DNA of 64,000 bases, from IMG/VR virus record IMGVR_UViG_3300027747_003534, positions 97,521 through 161,520 of that record; one strand, written 5' to 3'. The translations under genes and the position numbers were made by a program. The notes under the pieces are model-generated. The model saw nothing but the letters and a program-made list of their open reading frames with translations, did no database searches and had not been told where the DNA came from. This stretch comes from a virus. Shown here in pieces: positions 57,327 to 64,000 of this stretch (position 1 is the first letter of the stretch; each line of letters begins with the position of its first letter).

Positions 57327-60008
57327 CTACTTGATCAAACTACTCAACTGAATCTTAAATAGGTCAATGTTATCCTGACTCATCTGTTCGACCCAATCCC
57401 TACTCTGCTTTCCATAGTATGAACGATCTTCAATAATAGGATTCTGACTAGACTTAAGATCTATCAGATTACCAGAGACTTGATGATTGCCCATAATAAG
57501 TTTCAGCATAGGATTCTTGTCTACCTCAGTCTTAATCTTTTCCCTAATCTCAGAGATTTTCCATGTTTTAATATCTTGAGTAGAAGTTCCACGAATAATT
57601 TTCACAAAACCTTCTGCCTTGTCTGTATTCGGCACACAATACAAATGATCAGTAATCATACGTGTCAAAGTATTATAGGCCAAATTAGCATTACGAATCT
57701 CTTTACTGTCAACATCTTCAATCCCAGCCTCTTTCATAAGCTTAGAGATATGAGAAAGATATTCTGTTTGACTGAATCTTGGAATATTAAAAGGACTGAT
57801 ATGAACAGTATGTGCAAAGAACTCTGTTAGCATTGTTTTATTCAAGCAATCAACAAGGGTCTTATTACCAATAAACTTGTCATAATCCAGACCAAAGATA
57901 TTCAGAATATGAAACATAAACTGCTTATCCGTTGTCCCGTGCTGATAATATCTGTATCCACCACCATTCTTCTCTTCTGTTGCATAATCCTTCTTGCAAT
58001 ATTCAACAAGCTTGTTGATAGAACCAAGATTCTTAAAGTGCTTTTGTGTTACAATTTTGAGTTGACGCTTCAAAAAATCATTGAAGTTAACAAGATTATA
58101 ACCATCCTTCTCAAGCTTTTTAATGAAAGCTGTTTTGATAGCATAAATCTTACTATTGCCAACCAAATCCTTGACTATGCTCTTCAGAGTATCTTCTTGG
58201 AGAGTTCTAGTAATGCTACAAATCTCTGGACAACCAGACTCAGACTCAGTTCCATATCTCAGCATGGGAACATAAACAATCTCATCTTGTTCCAGAAAAT
58301 TCTCTAGCTGTTCTTCTGACAGAATTCTCAAATATGTAGCATCATTATAAGGATTTGTAATCTGCTTACTATCCTTGTCATAGCCGTAGATAAAGAATAC
58401 ATCTTGATCGCTGACACTACCATTAGAATTTCTGTTGTAAGACTTTCTTGGGCCAGAACTTTGTGTCAGATGCTTATAGTCTGAAACCTTGAGCAGATTT
58501 TCAGCACCAACATCTTCGATTAGTTGATCAAAACCCTCATTGCTTTTTGTATGATCCTTAGTGTCGATCATCAGATAAGCAAAGCAATCGTTCGCATTAC
58601 AAAACCTTGTAAGAATCTTCTTAGCGCTTTCTTCACTAGCAACATCGCACACAAAGAAACTCATCTTACCCTTCTTCTTCTGGTTATTCCAATAGTAGGA
58701 ACCTTTACCAGTAAGGGTTTCGTGATGGATTCTGTCTGTGAGAGCAACTTGGCGACGAGAACGATAGCCAGCAGTCTTGTAATTAAATACATACAGACTC
58801 TTGCCCGCAGGAATTTTATATTCCAAGTCATTGCCAGAATTGATAGGATGATCCTTACCCTTGGGATCAGTCCAAGTAGCACCAACACCCCAGCCTCCAG
58901 CCAATTCGTTCATAGTATAGTATGAAGTAATTGCCTCTACCTTATTCTGAGCAGATTTAATCTTTTTGGAGAATTCTTCCTTCATCTCCATATAAATTTC
59001 TTGAGTCTTTTTACGCAGAGTCTTGATAACATCCTTGGTATACTGCAAACCTTCACGGGAAACATCCATCTCCAATTCACCGATACCAAAATCAAGTTCC
59101 AAATAAAGACCAGAGTTAATGATCTCGCTCACGAAGCTCTTCCAAGAATCAATGTCTGCTTTTTGGAAAGCTCTATTCCACTTCTGAATATGATCGGGCA
59201 TCTCGTCCTTCTCTTGCCCAACAATCTGTGCGGTCTGAACAGGGTACGCAATATTACCCATGATAGCTACGATACCGCTATCAATTCGATGATAACCATT
59301 AGGGAAATAACTATTATCATTGTTGAGTCGGCAAACCCTCCAACCTTCACCGCTAATGATGATATTGGTGTTGCTATACTTATGATCTTGAAGATTATTT
59401 CCGATACCACCTTCAAGAATGGGTTTCATGCGAAAATAGTGGAAGATTCTCTTAGCCTTGTCGGTAAACTCTTGAAAGTCATGCTGCTTAACAGCGAAAC
59501 TAATCTCAAGACCATTAGGCTCAGACGTATCTGAAGTATTGAAAAGATTCAGAGTAGGAACACCACTCTCATCAATCGCTGCAATATAGGTATACTTCTT
59601 ACCATTATAGTATGATGCAGTAGTGAAACTTTTGGTATAGGCAAACGGACTCTTAGACCCTAGACCAAGGCAACCAACAAAATCATTACTATCATTCTTG
59701 TTGGACGCTCCGTATGTTGTATACAAGTCCTCCATATCGGCCTGACTAAGACCAGTGCCATAATCTCTGACTACAAAAGTAGGATTGGCAGCGGTGGGCA
59801 GAGTAACCTTAAAAGGATTTTTATTCCCGGCAGAGATATGACTATCATAAGCATTAGTAGAAAGTTCACGAATCGCAGCCATAACCTTATCAGAATAAAG
59901 AGAGTCTGAAAGGATTTTAAACATTTTGCTCGTCTGAGCAATATTAAACTGATTCCTGCTTGCAACTCCAACGCTGTGAGTCTCAATCGTCCTATCTGCC
60001 AACTTCAT
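57327..60008 (-). CDS. rIIA: T4 rIIA-like protein (GHKL ATPase)
   Basis: LYSDK..IRELSTNAYDSH, VRDYGTGL, GCLGLGSKSPFAYT, SREGLQY; adjacent to rIIB. Confidence 0.9.
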   Translation of the reverse strand: MKLADRTIETHSVGVASRNQFNIAQTSKMFKILSDSLYSDKVMAAIRELSTNAYDSHISAGNKNPFKVTLPTAANPTFVVRDYGTGLSQADMEDLYTTYGASNKNDSNDFVGCLGLGSKSPFAYTKSFTTASYYNGKKYTYIAAIDESGVPTLNLFNTSDTSEPNGLEISFAVKQHDFQEFTDKAKRIFHYFRMKPILEGGIGNNLQDHKYSNTNIIISGEGWRVCRLNNDNSYFPNGYHRIDSGIVAIMGNIAYPVQTAQIVGQEKDEMPDHIQKWNRAFQKADIDSWKSFVSEIINSGLYLELDFGIGELEMDVSREGLQYTKDVIKTLRKKTQEIYMEMKEEFSKKIKSAQNKVEAITSYYTMNELAGGWGVGATWTDPKGKDHPINSGNDLEYKIPAGKSLYVFNYKTAGYRSRRQVALTDRIHHETLTGKGSYYWNNQKKKGKMSFFVCDVASEESAKKILTRFCNANDCFAYLMIDTKDHTKSNEGFDQLIEDVGAENLLKVSDYKHLTQSSGPRKSYNRNSNGSVSDQDVFFIYGYDKDSKQITNPYNDATYLRILSEEQLENFLEQDEIVYVPMLRYGTESESGCPEICSITRTLQEDTLKSIVKDLVGNSKIYAIKTAFIKKLEKDGYNLVNFNDFLKRQLKIVTQKHFKNLGSINKLVEYCKKDYATEEKNGGGYRYYQHGTTDKQFMFHILNIFGLDYDKFIGNKTLVDCLNKTMLTEFFAHTVHISPFNIPRFSQTEYLSHISKLMKEAGIEDVDSKEIRNANLAYNTLTRMITDHLYCVPNTDKAEGFVKIIRGTSTQDIKTWKISEIREKIKTEVDKNPMLKLIMGNHQVSGNLIDLKSSQNPIIEDRSYYGKQSRDWVEQMSQDNIDLFKIQLSSLIK

Positions 60009-60048
60009 CTTATTTCTCCAAAAGTGTTATCGTTCCTGTGATGGCTCA

Positions 60049-60078
60049 AGTATATCATCGGCAAACCGTCTTGTCAAG
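60049..60078 (-). promoter_or_regulatory. Early promoter of rIIA
   Basis: CTTGACA-17 bp (contains TTGCCGAT)-TATACT. Confidence 0.75.
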
Positions 60079-60325
60079 CTCCAGTTTTCTTTTCTTGTCT
60101 GTCGGCTATTATTTTAAAGCCTATAGCTATGTCTATCAGACCCAAAACTTTTAAAAAGACCACAGGCAACGTGAATGTCATTCCTCCAACAAATATGCAG
60201 AGAAGTCCCATAATCCATACTATTGTCTTTGGCATCCAATCAAACAAAGATAAGATATAACTTAATGGTCCTATAATTAGCACTGATAAAAAAATTATTG
60301 ATACCAGCAGAGCTAAACTAGCCAT
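60074..60325 (-). CDS. Small multi-TM membrane protein
   Basis: Three hydrophobic segments. Confidence 0.65.
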   Translation of the reverse strand: MASLALLVSIIFLSVLIIGPLSYILSLFDWMPKTIVWIMGLLCIFVGGMTFTLPVVFLKVLGLIDIAIGFKIIADRQEKKTGA

Positions 60326-60639
60326 TAGTACTGATCTTCATCAGTATCTTCTGGATCATAATCTTCTTGCTGATCATAAGGAGTCCAGTCCTCGTTCTCT
60401 TCTTCATCATCTATATCAACATCATTCATATCGTCCATGTCAGAAATTAAAATAGTGAATGTATTTAAAAGGTCTATAGCTTGATCAATCTTATTTTCTA
60501 AAAGTTTGATTTTATTTTCAATATTTTTGATACCTTTTTTTACTTCAACAATATCTTTAGTTAAATGGGTATCCATATTATGAATTTCCTTATTGCTTTT
60601 CATCACCTCTCTGATTACATCATCAATATTTTTAGACAT
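60325..60639 (-). CDS. Coiled-coil protein with acidic tail
   Basis: Heptad repeats followed by a D/E-rich C-terminus. Confidence 0.6.
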   Translation of the reverse strand: MSKNIDDVIREVMKSNKEIHNMDTHLTKDIVEVKKGIKNIENKIKLLENKIDQAIDLLNTFTILISDMDDMNDVDIDDEEENEDWTPYDQQEDYDPEDTDEDQY

Positions 60640-60649
60640 TTTGGCCTCT

Positions 60650-60979
60650 TTATTTTAGGCGTTTATATTCTTTAATATCACCATTCTCAATAATCTTTTT
60701 ATCTTCGTATGGTTCTGCCACTCTCCGATAATATTCTTGCTTAATATTTTCTAATACACCAGTAATCATAGCAACCTTGGAGTACGAAATGTCTCCAATA
60801 ATACCGCCTAATATTCGAGAAAAACAATAATTAATTTTCCCTAAAAGGCTCATTGTTTGATTATCAGTCAGATTTTTTTCTTGGCAAATTTCTCCTTCTA
60901 AAGAGCATTTAAATACAAAAATTAGAGTATCTATATGATGATCTAATACTTCTCTGTCTTTTTCTTTAATATATGGCAT
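60650..60979 (-). CDS. Phage hypothetical protein
   Basis: MPYIK..INY..GVLENIKQEYYRR.AEPYEDKKI.ENGD motif. Confidence 0.7.
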   Translation of the reverse strand: MPYIKEKDREVLDHHIDTLIFVFKCSLEGEICQEKNLTDNQTMSLLGKINYCFSRILGGIIGDISYSKVAMITGVLENIKQEYYRRVAEPYEDKKIIENGDIKEYKRLK

Positions 60980-60982
60980 ATT

Positions 60983-61507
60983 TTATATATTCTTTTTTAG
61001 AATGGTCAAACCATTATTATTTTTAAGTTGTAAATGAATAGTCCAAATACTATTAGTTTCCAAGAACTCATTAAGTGCTTTTATCAGACCTTCTGATTCG
61101 GTTTCACCACGAATACCAAATGTCTCAGTATCGTGAAGTATGATGAACTTAGAAGTTTTTGGGGCGTGTAAATATAGTTCCTGTTTTAGTTGTTCATAGT
61201 TATGAAGAGTATCAATGAATAGTAATTCTGTAGGCTCTATTGATATCGTTCTTGTATCTCCAACAATGAAACTATAGTCTGTTTCTTCGACTAAGGAGTT
61301 AATATGAGAAGTGTCAACATACACAATATCATACGATATCATCTTTTTGGGTTTAGCTGCCAGTAAAGCATAGGTAGAGACGATGCTTCTGACTCCCATT
61401 TCTGTAATATGATCAACCTTCTCTCCGTATTCTTTTAATACTGGAAGATGTTCATTAATATCAGAGATAGTTCTACACTTATTATCATATATTTCATTTA
61501 AAGTCAT
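60983..61507 (-). CDS. Class I SAM-dependent methyltransferase-like protein
   Basis: SDINEHL, EMGVR, LFIDTLH, IILHDT, NNNGLTIL. Confidence 0.8.
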   Translation of the reverse strand: MTLNEIYDNKCRTISDINEHLPVLKEYGEKVDHITEMGVRSIVSTYALLAAKPKKMISYDIVYVDTSHINSLVEETDYSFIVGDTRTISIEPTELLFIDTLHNYEQLKQELYLHAPKTSKFIILHDTETFGIRGETESEGLIKALNEFLETNSIWTIHLQLKNNNGLTILKKNI

Positions 61508-61519
61508 TAATTATTAACC

Positions 61520-62038
61520 TTATATACATTTACATTGGTATTTTAAACAATATGAACACTTTGGGCCGGGATCTGGATTTCCCCAAGCATTACTATAGCC
61601 AGAGAAACTTTCTTCGCCAGTATCAATACATACTAATTTTTTATATTTCCCCCTTTTGACAAATCCTATATTATGCCAATGACAATCCCAAAATTTTAAT
61701 TTGGTTTTAACTTCTATCTTTTCCACCAAATCTTGCAACAATATCATAGTGTGTTTTGTATGATTAGCCGGTAATGCTTTTTCTGTAATATATCCCCAGC
61801 CGCTTTTTTGGGCAGGAAATAATGTTTCATATTTCAGTTTACAGAGTTTAGAAAAAACTTTTGGTGCAAGACTATACCTGCTTAATTTGATTTGAATATT
61901 TCTAGCATATTCTGCTCTACTTTTCGAGATAAATTCCTTAAAAGCCTTATTGGAATGATCATTTATGCTATACAAAGCACAATAGCCACCTTGATTAAAG
62001 TCTGAATATAGATCAATTTTATATTTAGTATTAACCAT
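61520..62038 (-). CDS. Minimal protein-kinase-like protein
   Basis: QGGY Gly-loop, AFKEF Lys, LAPKV, YITE hinge, WDCHWHN catalytic loop, CIDTG. Confidence 0.65.
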   Translation of the reverse strand: MVNTKYKIDLYSDFNQGGYCALYSINDHSNKAFKEFISKSRAEYARNIQIKLSRYSLAPKVFSKLCKLKYETLFPAQKSGWGYITEKALPANHTKHTMILLQDLVEKIEVKTKLKFWDCHWHNIGFVKRGKYKKLVCIDTGEESFSGYSNAWGNPDPGPKCSYCLKYQCKCI

Positions 62039-62039
62039 A

Positions 62040-62372
62040 TTAGTAAGAGATAATGTCTGGAACTTCGCCAGTAAGGTTGTAGAGAAATTCTTTGGCCTTA
62101 TCTAGAGTATAAAATTCACCAAGAAAAATAGACTTGTATTCAGTATCGTGAGAGTATCTTTCTCCATAGATCTGGTAATAAGGATCATCCAAACCTTCTT
62201 CTTCTGAATCTAGAAAGTGTTCAGCACTTTTAATTTCATCTATATAAGACCCGCCCTCATAGTCGCTGAACTCTCGCACAGTAACCAACAAGAAATATTC
62301 TATGGGTGATTTAGGATTATTATTCTTAACTCTACCATTACACAAACTATTGCTCATGATTTTTCCTATCAA
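62040..62372 (-). CDS. Hypothetical protein
   Basis: ORF in the array of small early-type ORFs. Confidence 0.55.
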   Translation of the reverse strand: MIGKIMSNSLCNGRVKNNNPKSPIEYFLLVTVREFSDYEGGSYIDEIKSAEHFLDSEEEGLDDPYYQIYGERYSHDTEYKSIFLGEFYTLDKAKEFLYNLTGEVPDIISY

Positions 62373-62599
62373 GACTCAAGGGAATTTTTTAATTCTTGCA
62401 TCTGTTGAGATATTTTTAGATACTCATTAGTTTGCTGAACAGCAAATTCATTAGCTTTATAAACTTCTGCTGCCCACTCTTTATTCTTTTCCTTTAGCTT
62501 TTTAAGTTCATCTTTAGCATTTTGAACAAAGAAAAGATCAGCACCAGCACTCCATGCAAAATCAATAATACTTTCAAGAGGATCAGAATTTTTATTCAT
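62369..62599 (-). CDS. Hypothetical coiled-coil protein
   Basis: 76 aa. Confidence 0.55.
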   Translation of the reverse strand: MNKNSDPLESIIDFAWSAGADLFFVQNAKDELKKLKEKNKEWAAEVYKANEFAVQQTNEYLKISQQMQELKNSLES

Positions 62600-62601
62600 A
62601 T

Positions 62602-62832
62602 TTATATCCTACGATTTTTAAGTTGTTCTATTTCTCTTTCCAACTTAGCTACTCTTTCGTATATATCATAGTTAGCTAATCGTGGCAAATCTTTTGCTGG
62701 AGTTTTGCCATCACCAATTCTAGTATCCCATAATTTAGCGACACAATCATACTCATATAGAAATAACTCACCAAGCTTAGGAATAACATCACAATCTTTC
62801 TTGGCTTTTGGTAGACTAAACGATCCATTCAT
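62602..62832 (-). CDS. Hypothetical protein
   Basis: RIGDGKTPAKDLP motif. Confidence 0.55.
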   Translation of the reverse strand: MNGSFSLPKAKKDCDVIPKLGELFLYEYDCVAKLWDTRIGDGKTPAKDLPRLANYDIYERVAKLEREIEQLKNRRI

Positions 62833-63035
62833 TCTAGTACAGTAATTTCTGCTCCTTTTAATTCAGGCTTATAGTAGCCTGTTAAACTATCCTTCTGATA
62901 AGTTTCTTCAACGATAAACTTAATAGTAAAACCTTTTTGAGTTTCAACTAACTCATCATTAACATATCTTTCAATAGCTTTTTCAATATCGTCAATAGTT
63001 AGATTGTATAAATTATACCCCATAATTATGCCCAT
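62829..63035 (-). CDS. Hypothetical protein
   Basis: 68 aa. Confidence 0.5.
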   Translation of the reverse strand: MGIIMGYNLYNLTIDDIEKAIERYVNDELVETQKGFTIKFIVEETYQKDSLTGYYKPELKGAEITVLE

Positions 63036-63247
63036 CCATATTCATCAAAGTGTTCTTTGCAGTTTTTCTTACCATCATAATATCCAGTATCATAACCCTG
63101 TTCATGACCCATAGCATAAGCTGCCATCAACCACTTGATTATATCGTCAGTTTCTCCTTTTGCAACACAATTTCTTATGTCACTTATAGCTCTTTCGTGT
63201 CTAACACTATATCCTTCAATTTCATTTATCCAGTGGTCGAATGTCAT
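63026..63247 (-). CDS. Hypothetical protein
   Basis: 73 aa. Confidence 0.55.
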   Translation of the reverse strand: MTFDHWINEIEGYSVRHERAISDIRNCVAKGETDDIIKWLMAAYAMGHEQGYDTGYYDGKKNCKEHFDEYGWA

Positions 63248-63315
63248 AAGATTTTATATCCTGCAAACGCTTTGATGTAATACTATTATAGCCTATGCCT
63301 ATTAAGGAGTCAACT

Positions 63316-63771
63316 ATGGAAAGACATAAATATTCAGTCGATGATTTAAAAAATGCTGTTAAAAATTCTCGTTCAATTAGACAAGTATTAGATAAACTTG
63401 GTATTGTTCCAGCGGGAGGTAATTATCAAACAGTTAAAAGAAGAATATCTAAATATAGTATTGATACTTCTCATTTTGGTGGTCAGTCTTGGAATAAAGG
63501 GAAAATTACTGGCCCTAAAAAACCTGTCCATTTTTATCTCACTAAGAATTCTGTTGTTCAGAGTTTTAGACTAAAGAAAAGATTATTATCTGAGAATGTT
63601 TTTGAACACAAGTGTTCTAAATGCAAACAAACCAAATGGTTAAATTACTCTATACCTTTAGAACTCCATCATATTGACGGAGATCATTATAATAACGAGT
63701 TAATTAATCTAATTTTACTTTGTCCAAACTGTCATGCTTTAACTGATAATTATCGTGGGAAAAATAAGTAG
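63316..63771 (+). CDS. Free-standing HNH homing endonuclease
   Basis: N-terminal DNA-binding module (SIRQVLDKLG..IDTSHF), CSKC, LELHHIDGD..NLILLCPNCH; AAGGAG Shine-Dalgarno before the ATG at 63316. Confidence 0.9.
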   Translation: MERHKYSVDDLKNAVKNSRSIRQVLDKLGIVPAGGNYQTVKRRISKYSIDTSHFGGQSWNKGKITGPKKPVHFYLTKNSVVQSFRLKKRLLSENVFEHKCSKCKQTKWLNYSIPLELHHIDGDHYNNELINLILLCPNCHALTDNYRGKNK

Positions 63772-63807
63772 GAGCAGAGGGGATCGAACCCTCACTGTAT
63801 GGATTTT
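63769..63807 (-). tRNA. 3' exon (positions 35-73) of an intron-containing tRNA with anticodon N-A-A, most likely Leu(UAA); 5' exon lies outside the window
   Basis: AAAA-UCCAU-ACAGU-GAGGG-UUCGAUC-CCCUC-UGCUCCU-A is exactly 39 nt; CCA not encoded. Confidence 0.8.
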
Positions 63808-64000
63808 CGTACTACTATAACTTTCGTTACCATTTCTGTTTGTAGTCTGGACTTTACCTTAACCATAGTTACACAACATTAGGTTCCTGCCGTCAAGTCT
63901 CTACACCTTCATAATATTTCTATTAAGCTTGGCTCGGTATTAGCAGTTAAGCCTTCACCGACTTTGACAAGTTCTACTTTAAAGATTTCTCTTTAAGCAC
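63808..64000 (-). ncRNA. Group I self-splicing intron in the tRNA anticodon (partial; 5' end beyond the window)
   Basis: P AAAGUCGGUGAA (63954-63965), Q AAUACCGAGC (63932-63941), R GUGUAGAGACUUGA (63893-63906), S AAGGUAAAGUCC (63849-63860), terminal G at 63808. Confidence 0.88.

Noticed and set aside
63769-63808. tRNA-Phe(GAA) with G34 in the exon
   Set aside because: That G is required as the intron's terminal G, since the preceding base is C

Overview
AT-rich segment of a large (jumbo-type) dsDNA bacteriophage genome, read almost entirely on the minus strand. Only two units are on the plus strand: a two-glycosyltransferase cassette (49602-51069) and an HNH nuclease (63316-63771). Left to right, the window holds: (1) glycosyltransferases; (2) a replication/recombination block with SSB, an intein-less split DnaE whose halves flank a DEDD exonuclease, a PD-(D/E)XK nuclease, dNMP kinase, primase, DnaB and RecA/UvsX; (3) nucleotide metabolism genes (PhoH, dUTPase, NrdA, NrdB with a one-base frameshift, dCMP deaminase); (4) a late block with a beta-helix repeat protein, active and dead papain-like proteases, many membrane proteins and tail-like proteins; (5) DeoC-like and bacterioferritin-like pseudoenzymes, a ClpP-like protease and a phage sigma factor; (6) a GuaC/SET/SET/NDT/macrodomain cluster; (7) subtilisin and trypsin proteases; (8) a volactin-like actin with an adjacent membrane protein, then RuvB; (9) a RepB-type primase with rIIB and rIIA, and an unannotated tRNA-like RNA between RepB and rIIB; (10) small early-type ORFs; (11) the 3' exon and group I intron of a tRNA at the right edge. 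Two promoter classes are visible: CTTGAC-N16/17-TAnnnT and a repeated (G/A)GTGTAT motif. All family calls come from recognising motifs by eye; no database searches were run.
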